Shown here: piece after piece, positions 29,401 through 40,804 of the stretch
Layout: every line of letters starts with the position of its first letter
How positions within the stretch are numbered: the first letter of the stretch is position 1
DNA from: Balanoglossus misakiensis
Taxonomy: Eukaryota; Animalia; Hemichordata
Assembly: GCA_040954595.2 (NCBI GenBank)
Contig: CM082579.2
Location: 864,922-928,921, forward strand
DNA length: 64,000 bases
Reading direction: 5' to 3'
Program-made: the position numbers and the translations under genes
The notes under the pieces: generated by a model
Database searches by the model: none
Told to the model about the DNA's origin: nothing
Seen by the model: only the letters and a program-made list of their open reading frames with translations

Positions 29401-30904
29401 GGGTCATACATCAACAAGAGGACTGTCTCCACCCAAAATACTCACCTTGTTCCATTTTGCTGTAAAAGCTTTGCAACCTCTTCTCATTTTCTATCGCCTT
29501 CTCCTTCTCTCTCTCCAACGCCTTTTTGATGAAATAAGTTTCTTTCGTCGACGGCAATTTGTAGTCCTCTTCCACTGGCTTCAAGCTGACTTCATCCGGG
29601 ACAAGGCTACCCTTTGTGTTTCTATGGTAACGGACCACGCGCGAGACCCGCGGGATGTACACATTGGACGGAATTCGCACGCTTCTTGTGAAGTTGTGAA
29701 AATTAGCAATATTAACCATTTTTTCAGTTTTACTTTTCCTTCCCGATGAATTGAGGGAATCTTTCCTGTTTGGGGCTTCAGAGCTACGTCTTGACACAAG
29801 CTCCGGCAATCTGTCGACAGAGATTCTCGGCGCTTCCTGTGAAACGATCTCCGGTGCTTTTTCCACCGAGCTTCTCCCTTCTTGTACGTGCTCACTCCGT
29901 CTTCTTCTCGAAATCCTCCTCGTCTTGCCGTTGCTCTTCTCTGTCTGTGTGTGACCGCTTGCATCTTCATCGGATTCTCTCGGTGCCCCGTGTGTCAGAT
30001 AAGACGTTGTAAGCGAAACTCTCGGTAGCAAGCCAACTGGTTCCTGAACTCTCTTCTCTCTTCTTTGACTGTCACTTCGATCCAAATTAGTTTTCACCAA
30101 GTCTCTGTTCACCCCCGACACCAAGTCAATTGCATCATCCTGTTGTTGCGATCCTTCTTCTCTGGAATGTGGCTCATTTCTGTCTATGTCCCGGTTCTCT
30201 GTCGATTTGTCTTCAGTTTCTGTTGCTTCAGAATCTCCTTCGTCCTTCTTTCCAGACTCCGACTTTGGAACTTCACCTGGAAAGGATACTGTGCCAATTT
30301 TTCGCTTGCTTTTCTTCGGTTTACCCCGTTTTTCAATCGGCGTTTTCAAGAGCTGTACGGTGCCTTTCTCGGCATCTTTTTTCTCCTCCGGTCGATCTGC
30401 GTCATTCACGACTTGGCCACCTGTTTCACCAGCAGTGGCTTCCGTCGCTTTCTTCTCTTTCTCTTGAGCATCTCCCTCAATATTCAACTCTTCCTCCTCC
30501 CCGATATCTGACAGCACCTCCGGCAAGTCGGACATCCCCTCCCCCAGTCTGTTCAATTCCAGAGCCGTTTTATGTCTCTCCCTCGCGGCCTTCTCTCGAA
30601 GTTGTTGCCTCACAAGCTCTTGCTGCTGAATGTATTTTTTCTTCCGGTTTCTTCTCTTCTCGCTGTGGACCTTCAGAAGTTGTTTGTACATAACTTGCTG
30701 TCCGCGACCAAGTTTCCCAACGTTTATGTTCTGTTCTTTATACCAAAGATCGACTTTCTTCTTGTTGTGGATGGAATGGGCGTGATTGTTACACTGGACG
30801 AATGTACTCATCTCGGAACTTTTCGTTCTCCGCAGGGAACCAATATCGTTCGGAGATAACTGTTTCAGTCCGACCATTTTGTTGCCGACCTTGATTCGCA
30901 ACAT
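26492..30904 (-). CDS. Uncharacterised charged, low-complexity protein (about 590 aa, 2 coding exons)
   Basis: The large exon 30904-29446 ends CAA G|gtgagt (phase 1). It joins in frame at tttcag|TT CCA to exon 26811-26492, uniting the 497-aa and 100-aa ORFs. N-terminal basic coiled coil, Glu/Lys/Ser-rich middle, C-terminal DLRNCKYIR. The start could instead be ATG 30877. Confidence 0.75.
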
Positions 30905-33855
30905 TTTGGAGGCTCGCCGGAGTCAACCGCTGAACCCCAACTTGGAAGTTATCGTGAAGATCTCGGTTTACAACAACCTGTTGATTCGAGTTCAACTGGA
31001 CGAACGGTTCGCGTGGCTTTCTGAGTTGTTTAAGTAACGATGACTTGGTCGCCAAGCACGGTTGTCACTCGACCTTGTGTCATACTGTCAGACCTCAGTG
31101 TTCCTTCAGACAAGAGACGCATGCAACACTGCATATAGAGTCGCCTATGCGAGACAGCTCAACTCTGAAATAATTGCAGTGCGCGTTTGGTCTAATGACA
31201 TGTTTGTATATAAGAATCACAAACAGAACAATCGATTTCAGATGTAGGGGAGTAGCATAGCTCTAAGCCACAGATATTCACATGTATAGAAAATGGTTTT
31301 CTCACCGCATATTATAATGGTTGAATCCAATATTCGAAGGGATGTTCGTAGTTGATTAGTTGAAACTTCGGTTTTGTATATACATGTATTAATAGGCAAC
31401 ACAGAGCCTTTCTCGAATGGTTCCGCCAAGCAACCAACTAAAATCTAAACCAATATGGTATGGGGTTTGTTAATAATCACGATTCTGTCGTCGTAGATGT
31501 AATAATTTCACATCTCTGTCAAATTTTGGCGTCGTGGGTTTAGCATTGTCATGAAAATCGGGCCACACTGGAAGTACAAATGTATGCGCTGGGTCATAGC
31601 ACTGACTGGTCAACTGAAAACCCGGTAACCACGATCCACCCGACCCTACTTGACACAGATCGTAGGGCTGAATCAGGGCTGTAGTTTGGCGAAATACACA
31701 CAAGGCTTGAAAGCTGTAAGGATATGAGTCAGCTGGTGGTTTGCAATAACAGTGTTTGCCTTTTTGCTGGGAAATAAAAGAAATTCGATCCGAGATCTTC
31801 GAAATTGGTTGGAGCCTTTCCGAACATCTGTTCTGAGGATCAAAGTGGTTTTAAGTCTACTTAGAATAGAGGTTTGACAAGCGCTTACCTAGAAACACCT
31901 GCTGTCAGAAACACAATGAATTGTCTCTGATTTATGAGCAAAATCTTATCCCGTTTTCGCTCGATGGCCAAAATGATCTGCTTGGTGAATTTTAAAACGG
32001 TAATCTTTGTTTGGTTCCCTTGGGAACGAATCTTACATTGATGTAATAACAGCACTGGTCAGACTTATACATTTCCTGTATTCGCCTGTTCAATTCCATT
32101 AAGTTGGCACCAATCCCTTCCCCAATTTGTTTGTTATTCTTTTTAAGTCTTGTGGGGCATTGACCATTTCATCTCGGCCATTCCAAAAAACCTCCTTGTT
32201 CCGGCATTCATCTGAAAATTGACAACTTGTTGGCAACTTGAATATTCAACCACGTCAACATATAGCCGACATCTTCGGTACCTTCAGTGTATAGGTCAAA
32301 ATCCTAGCAACTGATCAACGACTTAAGAAATATGCAATACCACAAGGGTCAACAAAGCGGTCATCCTTTCATGCGAGACGTAAAAACTTATTTATTTAAC
32401 AGACCCATTCTATATAACGAGCTGTCACGGGGTACAGAAGCACGTAGGCTGTAAGTCGATCAATTAAGCCAACGCACGGATGCCAAAGAAAAAGAAGAAG
32501 GGGCTTTCTTCACGGCCAGCACAATAAAATATACAACAATCTAGTATACACAGGACAAAGTTTACAGCGTTTGAACATATACTGATCTCAAAACCCGTTG
32601 TACAAGACAGAGTTGAGGCAATGTAGTCTCAGTGACGTGATGGGTCTATGAAGGGTCTTTGAATATCTTCGCTTGGACAATTATGCGTGTCTCCAATGTC
32701 GTCATGCGACCGTAACTTGGTCCCAGGCGCACAGGTGTAATACTACGTGCATGCATGCGTTCCTGTCGCGCAGTCCACACGTAACCAAGGATACCATTAC
32801 GATTAGGCGAAGGGGCACACTTTGAACGTCATTCACGTGTATAAGCGTTTAACATTTGCAATTGAGTTCTGGCAGTCATAAGAGTTACGTGTGACTGACC
32901 GGTGTATAAGCTCACGCCTGACCTGTTTTATATCGACAATATGATGCTGTACACAATGTTTGGGGAATTCTTTGATTCAAGGACTTGCATACTTAAACTC
33001 AGCAGCCTACACCGTCTGTTGCAAATTCCGAGACAGTAAACAAACATGCGATGTGTTTTGTTTTCATAGTTCATAATCTTCCAATTCTCTCTCGGTATAA
33101 TTGAACAACTTCCAAGTACTAGCAATGAATTTTATCATTTTGCGACAGTATTTATTTAGATAACTTATCATAATGACACCGATTCTATATATATTTTCGT
33201 AGACGTATGGGAGTCATTAGCTACGGACCGGAGTCTACCAAAATAACGGTGTGTGCATGCTGTTTGTGCCAACAAGTGTCATTTACACATTGATTGTTAA
33301 ACGGGGTGACAAAGAATAAAATGCTAAATTTACTGTTAACGATGCATAATTAATCTCAGCTGTCCATTCACATCGACAGTTATGACAAATTTAGCAATAC
33401 TCGTCATCGTTTTGACCAAAGTTTGTTATCGGTTAACACACTTTTTCTCCGTTTTCTAAACGATCAATAAACCGCATCTGTAGACATTATAGCCAAATCT
33501 ACTAACACAAATGAGTTTGCACTTGGGCATATCCAATGTATGGCTTGACCTAATAAGCGCAGAAACGACCGGACAACCCGCAGTTTCTGGGTAACACAGA
33601 TATTTGATTCTTTCGCGATACGAAGCTAAAGGTCTGCTGAACGGCGATGGTGAAGTTCAAATGACCGTCCAAGGTTCGTTTGGTTGTTTTAAAAAATGTT
33701 TGGAGATTTTGCCGTTGTCTCTAAGAAGGCGCAAGTCCTGTTCCTGCATAGATCGTCGGAATAGACTGTGGAATAGACCGGAGATAGACTGGGTAACGAG
33801 AATGGCATTGTTTACAACAACTTGTCTGTAATTGCATATTGATTGTGTCTAAAGC

Positions 33856-33868
33856 GTTGCATAGCAAC
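33856..33868. promoter_or_regulatory. RFX X-box-like palindrome
   Basis: GTTGCATAGCAAC. Confidence 0.35.
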
Positions 33869-35119
33869 TTCACCGCCTCTGATTTGTCATAAATATGCCA
33901 GTCAACTATGCTGGATGTATCACCTGCGCGAAAACGACCTTTGAAATGATTTAGTGATGCCTGTCTTCATTGCGATAGCAGAAATCGTCCTTTTCCTAAG
34001 CACAGTTGGTATATAACTGTGGCAAAACATGTTTTACAATATATTTCTGAACGCATCATTTATGATGTCAAGACAAAGAATAGCCTGCCAACTTATTGGA
34101 AAGCAAGCATATATTCACCGAATAAACAAAAGTAATTGGATTGAATCTTGAAGTGGAAGTTATTTGGTTTGCCAGTTATGACGTAAAACGAATATGCAGA
34201 ACATGCAGGGCAAACACAACCTGTATCTCCAAGTTGAGCAGCGGTGTTTTCCCTCACAAAGTGGTATTATCATACAGGTACTTTTATGCTGATATTATCA
34301 CAGACAGTCCTTGACACTGTGACACTGCATCTGTTTTCATGCTCAAGAAAAGGACCAAAATGGGCGTTCTGGTTTCTGTCATTGCAATATAGGTGTATGA
34401 AGGGTAAATGAAAGGCCGCTCTGTCCATTGTTAACACACAATAAATTAAACATTCCGTACACTTAAGTACATGAAAACCAACGCCGTCAAAGAAACTAGG
34501 CTGCCATCCTAAATTCACCTCATTTGTTCCACTGGTTCATGCGTTTTATTACAACATGAAAGCGAATATTCACACAATGGATCACGTAGAATCATCTTTG
34601 CAGACAATGAATTTAAGGTAACTTAATGGACAAGCTAGTACTTTTGGCAGCGTATACATCCTGCTATGCAGCTGAGAGAAAAAGAGTTGACAAGAGTCGT
34701 CCCAGATTCAGGCCCTCAGAAAAGACAAACAGGAGACAGTACAACCATACCAGGACACCTTTAACAATTTTTATTTCATATAAAAAACGTCTGTAAGTAA
34801 ATCTTTTCGTACAAAATTACACAAGTCTCCTTCATTCAAAATTTGTACATTTTACAACATCCAATTCCTTTCCATAACTCATTACTAACATGTTGATGAA
34901 GTATTGAGTGGAAATTTATACAAGTGTAAAACAAAAGAACTTCGGCTACGCTATAAAATGGACTGTGAGGGCGCTAAATCAATGCAGTGTTAAATTTATT
35001 TCTTTGTCGAACAAAAACTATAACTACAAAACATAACATAGACATCTTTCCATGATACAAATATCTTTCTCTTTAAAATGGAATAAATATTTAGCTACAA
35101 GTTTCTCCAATTCTAAACT

Positions 35120-36474
35120 TTAATTATTAAGGAAGTCATATTCTCGTTTCATTCTGAGAGTAACTATGAGCATTTCTTTGTCACCATCCCATTTGGCTGT
35201 GCCATTTTTACTGTCAACTGGATGAGGAAGGTGTAACCCAAGTTTGCTGAAAATAAAAACAAGGCAGCTGTTTAGTTCAGAGAGATTGTAAAGATGTAAT
35301 TACAACTGTCTAGCCAGAACATGGCAAATTCTGGGCAAATAAAAATAACTCGCCAAACACTGACATGTGTGGTATCATTGACATATACATGTCATTACAT
35401 CAACACCATGTGAAAGTAAAGAACTTCTTTCAAAGCAAGACAAATAAATATATAACGATATCTTACTATTTTGTAGTTCTGCAGTCCAAGAACTTGTCAG
35501 TAACATTCAAGTCCACATCTGTTTTCTTTGTATTAGGAAGTTTTATTTTAATCTGTAATAATAATATGGTTGGGAACAGGTTACTGCACAATATTAAATC
35601 AAGTGGCTGCCAACAACAATTTGAACGGTGAACCCTATCTTCTAATTCAACAAACATCACATATCAAACAAAGTCACAAACTCCATCACACATTTCACTT
35701 ACAACTATATCTTCACATGATGATGATGTTGGATTCTTATTACCCATTTGAAGGAAAACATCTTCTGTTGTGATTGCTTGTTTAAAAACAATATCGTATC
35801 TGCAAAAAGGGGAAATAATTCATAAAATTATACTGTAGACTCATTGAAAAATTATACTAACATACTGCTCATGCTATCCAGTCAGGCAACTATGAGCAAT
35901 CACTGAATCATGTGACTGTATTTACAAATGAGGACACTAACTCTGGCTGTGGTCTTGGATCATTCAAGTCTTCATACTCAGCACCCTCAGGCACTTCGTC
36001 TTCCGCCCAGATGTCTTTAGTCTCTGGTTGTTTATCAGCTGTGGAGGTAAATCCCATTGATGGAGAGGTCAGTTAAGAGAAGCCATAATAGCCATATGAT
36101 ACTGAATGACCCCTAATGGATGATTGGGTACTGGTGTTAATTGTAAAATATATATCAATATTGGAAGTTAGCATAGTCATGTCATTGTAAAAAAACTTAC
36201 TTGGTTTTGGTTGAGGCTGCTTCTGTTTTTGTGGTCCTATACTTGATGGCCCAAGTTTTGATGCAGTTGAAACTGGCTGACAACACAAAAAGTAATCAGT
36301 GTTCAATCATAGATCTTTGAATTACAACAAAGCAATCCGAATAACTCGAAAGCAAATAGAAGTCGTGGATACTACCTTGTCATCATCGTCAGAGCTATCG
36401 TCACCGGCTGGTTTCAGAAGGTCCACAAGTCTGCCTAAACCGTCACCCGATAGAAATCCGCTGCTATCGACCAT
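35120..36474 (-). CDS. DNAAF6: Dynein axonemal assembly factor 6 (PIH1D3/Twister)
   Basis: Exons 36474-36376, 36276-36201, 36038-35942, 35799-35703, 35552-35467, 35246-35120. Motifs LGPSSIGP, DIWAEDEVPEGAEYED, RPQPEYDIVFKQAITTEDVFLQM, IKIKLPNT, LHLPHPVD..AKWD..LIVTLRMKREYDFLN. Confidence 0.93.
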
Positions 36475-37310
36475 GGCTCTCAGTGTCACTCGATCCACTC
36501 AACTTTCAAAAATAGTTTCTCTAATAAAATGTAAACGTTGGAGCAGACGATCCAAAGGCAGTCCGTAAGCAAAATGACAGGCCCAGGGAAGTACTGTTAA
36601 TGTGACGTTATCAAATCATAATCATAAGTTACAAAGATGACGGTAAATGTACTGAATTTCCAGAAATATACAGTACAACTTGCCCGTTTCCAGGACGACT
36701 GATTACAACGCTGTGGCGTTATACCGGAAGTAGCCCGCCATCTCGTGGTGACCCTTCTTGACAGACATGCACGCGCGTGCGTGGACAGGGGTGCGAGTAC
36801 CCAGGCTTTGTTTTTTGTGTATGTGTGTGTTTTGAACATTTTGACTAAGAGTTCATGAAACAGATAATGTTTTAGGATTTTTAAAAAGTAAATATGGCAT
36901 AAATAATCACGTGTTCTGTCTGGTATGGCGTTGACAACGCTATAAAACAAAAGTACTTAAAGGGAAGATATGCGAGGGCGCTCTGACAAATGTAATATAC
37001 AAGGGTCCACACGTGATTTCTGGTCTTTCCGTTCCAGAGTTTGGCAGTGGAAGGACGTGTGACATGGAAGCTGCTCAATTATTTCAAGAACCGGGAAGGT
37101 GCCCACTTTCAAGAACCCATCAAGTTCTAGGGCTTTTAAATTACCACAACATTTATACAAAGCAATGCGGGTGAGTGTCACTTATTTGAAAAAGAAAGCA
37201 TCTTTTGGGGGTCAATTTGTCTTCATGAAATTTTGGGTGGTTGACGTCGAGAATTTTCTAGTTTGGTTCAATCGGGGAATGGTGCATCCATCGGTTTTAG
37301 TGGAAATATT

Positions 37311-37396
37311 GTCGTATGTAATGATGACGAAAATATAAATCACATGATCTTATCTGATTCACCGTGATATAAACCTTGGAGACCTGAACATACGAC
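37311..37396 (+). ncRNA. SNORD55: Box C/D snoRNA, SNORD55/U39-like
   Basis: 9-bp terminal stem GTCGTATGT/ACATACGAC. Box C ATGATGA at 37321, D' CTGA, D CTGA at 37384. D guide ACCTTGGAGAC is complementary to conserved 28S GUCUCCAAGGU, like the human SNORD55 guide (recalled). Confidence 0.8.
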
Positions 37397-37716
37397 GGAT
37401 TTTTCCACGTGGCCAATAGCACATGGCGTGGCATTAACCGCCAAGACGCCATCTTGAAAAACGACATGACCACGTGGTGCGTTGAAGAAACAGAACTGGT
37501 GAAAAGTTAGGTGATCTGTTCATTAAAATTACAAGCGTATATTTTAACATTTATTTTATTATTTTTTTAAATACAGGAATGGAGTTGTGCAATTTCTCGG
37601 AAGTTAGAAGCGGTTCTCGTGACAAAGATGAGTCACAAAAGGTTGGTGTTGAAATGGAATGTTGGAGGTACCACATGGTAGCTCCATGGTTGAATCTATT
37701 CTCACTGTCTGACTTC

Positions 37717-37814
37717 TGCTTGTAATGATGATCGATTTTTTCCCCGTCTTATCGATAAATGAGGATACACTTTGTCATGATTTCGTGACAAGCCAATCCA
37801 AATCTGAACAAGCA
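37717..37814 (+). ncRNA. Box C/D snoRNA, SNORD12/snR190-like, copy 1
   Basis: Stem TGCTTGT/ACAAGCA, box C ATGATGA, box D CTGA. TTTTTTCCCCG followed by t-CTTA (degenerate D') pairs with 28S CGGGGAAAGAA with one G-U pair. Confidence 0.7.
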
Positions 37815-38083
37815 TGTCAGACATTGTTTTTCCATTGTGGTGTTTGACTTTGATATCTTTCCAATCAAAAAGTGCCCACAGACAATTGCTAGTAGATAAA
37901 CAATATAATTACAAGAATTGCGTAATAAAAACTTCTGTCTTTTTCAGTTTGTGAAGTATTGCAGTTACCTGTCCTCTGTGGAACACTATTCATGGAAGAA
38001 CAAGCAACAATGGTAAATATGTTTCTGGTATCTTTGAGAAATGTATATTTCGGAAAATGGAAATTATGGTATTTCCATATCTT

Positions 38084-38178
38084 TGCGAAGATGAAACTTT
38101 TCCAAAACATTCGCAGTTTCCACCAAAGAGATTTCGGTCTCAATGATGGGAGAAGAACCTTCCTTGGATGTCTGAGCT
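38084..38178 (+). ncRNA. SNORD14: U14 snoRNA, copy 1
   Basis: Domain A CATTCGCAGTTTC and domain B ACCTTCCTTGGATGT-CTGA, both complementary to 18S rRNA. Variant box C (AAGATGA). Internal GAGAT-TTCG-GTCTC hairpin. Confidence 0.92.
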
Positions 38179-38437
38179 GAGATCCAATCTGAAAATTCCA
38201 TTAAACATGCTTCATTGTCCATTCTGACACATTGTATTCTTGTCTTTTAGGCTTGGATCGATGTAAATTGGTCATGGTGTAAGGTAAGATTTACAGGCAT
38301 TACACAACACAATGTGTTTATTTTACACCATGTTTCTCTGATCAAATTACACCCTTCATCAAAGAACTCAAATTTACGTAAATTCTGGCTCAAAGCTGGC
38401 CAACCTGTACAAAATATTTTGTGAAGATGAGAACTTG

Positions 38438-38532
38438 TGCGAAGATGAAACTTTTCCAAAACATTCGCAGTTTCCACCAAAGAGATTTCGGTCTCAATGA
38501 TGGGAGAAGAACCTTCCTTGGATGTCTGAGCT
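38438..38532 (+). ncRNA. SNORD14: U14 snoRNA, copy 2
   Basis: Identical core to copy 1, with its own flanking stem AGAACTT/GAGTTCT. Confidence 0.92.
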
Positions 38533-38791
38533 GAGTTCTATCTTCAGTAAATACTATTCTGCATCTAGTTTGACTGTATGTGGGACCTTTGGTGTGATGT
38601 TGTATTCAATCGTCTTTTTACAGATATGGTTGCTGTTATGTTCTTGTTGTTAATTGAATTTGCCAGCAGAAGTGAAATTAGGACAAAATGACGGGAATGC
38701 AGTAGGTCAAAATCAAGGTAATACAACGTAATCTCTAGAGATCATGAAATATCAATAATACAAGTTAACTTTATTAATATATATTAGTCTT

Positions 38792-38886
38792 TGCGATGAA
38801 GAAATCTTTCCAAAACATTCGCAGTTTCCACCAAAGAGATTTCGGTCTCAATGATGGGAGAAGAACCTTCCTTGGATGTCTGAGCT
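38792..38886 (+). ncRNA. SNORD14: U14 snoRNA, copy 3
   Basis: Same domains A and B. Box C variant ATGAAGA. Flanking stem TATTAGTCT/AGACTTAATA. Confidence 0.92.
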
Positions 38887-39102
38887 GAGACTTAATACCA
38901 GAAAATGGCTGATTCAGTTTCTTATGTTTTCATGTGTGGAGACAAGTAACTCTTGTACTGACATTTGTATGCCTTTTTGTCTGATGTAACAGATTGGTGT
39001 TGGTGAATATAGAGGTCTGGCAAAACCAAAAGATAAAACTGCAGGACAAGTTGGTTGTAAGTATACATGCTCGTTAGATGTTGCTGAAATTGGAGAAGAG
39101 AA

Positions 39103-39200
39103 TGCTTGTTGTGATGATCGATTTTTTCCCCGTCTTATCGATAAATGAGGATACACTTTGTCATGTTTTCGTGACAAGCCAATCCAAATCTGAACAAGCA
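39103..39200 (+). ncRNA. Box C/D snoRNA, SNORD12/snR190-like, copy 2
   Basis: Near-identical to 37717-37814. Box C GTGATGA, box D CTGA, stem TGCTTGTT/AACAAGCA. Confidence 0.7.
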
Positions 39201-39395
39201 TAGTTCTGACTGCCATTGTGCACACAACCATATTTTTGTTCATATTTCATTAATCATGATTTTTCTGATTTTAACAGTGTTGATGCAGTGGAGTTAATTC
39301 GAAGCGAGTGTGAAGGAAATTATATTAAGGTAATTATTTTGTGTGTGCATGCCTTCCTGCCTGCAGTGTCTTTGGGCACAGACAAGTGTTGATAT

Positions 39396-39474
39396 ATGTG
39401 ATGATGATATCTCATTTTCTCTCAAAGAGAGACTCCTGTCTCAATGATGCATTTTCCTTGGATGTGTCTGAGCA
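39396..39474 (+). ncRNA. Diverged U14-derived box C/D snoRNA
   Basis: Perfect box C ATGATGA (39401) and box D CTGA (39468). External stem GTGTTGAT/ATCAACAC. Shares CAAAGAGA, GTCTCAATGATG and TTCCTTGGATGT with the U14 copies but lacks domain A. Confidence 0.75.
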
Positions 39475-40804
39475 AAAATCAACACATCAATTTTATTCAT
39501 TATGTGTAGGACCAGACATTTTCCAAGACTGATACTTTATTTCCTTTTTACAGGTTGAATTGATGCCATAGGAAACGAAGTGTCCAGACATGAATTTGAA
39601 AATTGAAGAGGATCAGAATGACATGCCTAACTTAACTAGATAGATTTTAATCTTAGCTTTATTGTAAAGCGCATTGAGATAATTTATTATGTAGTGTGCT
39701 ATATTGAACAAGCAAAGCTGTATTAAATTTTTGTCTTGAATATTGACTTAAGTGTCACATACTCATTCAACAAAGTTTCAAATGTGTTTATATGACCCAT
39801 GTGTTGGATGCCCTGACTGACATTGCCCCATCCCAGCATGGTTGAGATGACCTTTTACCGAAATATTTGTAAACTTGAGAAGTCTGCCCCCTAGCCAATG
39901 ACTACCACACTTTCTTCAAAGTGTTCATACATTTTTGCCACTGAGGGAGCCCTGGTGTCTCATTGCAAGAATCCATTTCTGCCATAAAACTTGAAAATAA
40001 AACGATGTTCCCGAAACCCACTGTAGGTAAAATAAATGCACAGGTCACAATTTGGCATAAACATCTTTAAAATCCCGCTTGGTTGCATTAATCTGACTTT
40101 TATTCAAAACGTGCTGAGCATCAGACCAGCTTATGGAGTTCCCTGTATATAGTCACAAAGATTTACTGCTTCTCAATCAATATTAGGTTTCTGGGTCACA
40201 TCTTAACAGTTACTTTCATACGTGGGGGAAAACGTGCTTCTATCGCTGTTTGTGTGTCTGGAAATCTGAAGTGTTCAAACGTAAAATTTATTATTATATA
40301 CCAGTTGGCTTGACGCGTAATATTGCACGAACTATTGTGAAAGACGGTCGCGACCTTAACTCTGGGTTCACAGGTGTCATATCAGCTACTCGCGTAAACA
40401 TCAATAAATTATGTTAATTGTGTTTCCTGCACGAATAGAACAGCTGCAATGATGTCACGTGAGGAGAACGGAATGTGAAATATTGCCAGCTTCGCGGTGC
40501 TATAATTTATGTCGTCTGCGGGAGAGCAGCGCATCCATGAGTCATATATGATATTTTCACCGCGTTTTAATTTGCCGCACAAGTTGAGGGATAAGTCAGA
40601 ACGTAGTCTTCACGGGTGTGTGGATTTTTTTTCAGTGACAACAGTTGAACTGCCGAACATTCTCCGTTCCGCACAGATATTCGAGTGAACGAAATCATCT
40701 TTCTTGGGTTGCTCCATTCTCTTGCATGGACTGACGCGAGGGAGGCGAGTTCATTTGAGTGCACGACAATAAGTGTATTAAAAGATTTGAACAAATCTGC
40801 GCAA

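Larger units (their letters stand above)
37025..39730 (+). ncRNA. Non-coding 5'TOP-type snoRNA host gene (about 8 exons, one C/D snoRNA per intron)
   Basis: TCT-like start tCTTTCC at 37024-37030. Predicted exons 37025-37170, 37577-~37667, 37948-38012, 38251-38283, 38624-38717, 38993-39056, 39278-39329, 39553-~39740 (ATTAAA at 39722). The first ATG opens only a 45-codon ORF that stops in exon 2. Confidence 0.75.

Noticed and set aside
29447-31037. Several overlapping plus-strand ORFs up to 187 aa
   Set aside because: Antisense shadows of the purine-rich minus-strand exon.
31062-34760. Short ORFs between the uncharacterised gene and DNAAF6
   Set aside because: No recognisable domains, and no consistent exon chain could be assembled.
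38084-38886. Three ~95-bp direct repeats at ~354-bp spacing, read as a CRISPR-like array or satellite
   Set aside because: They are U14 snoRNAs with 18S-complementary domains, each in its own intron. The context is eukaryotic, with no cas genes.
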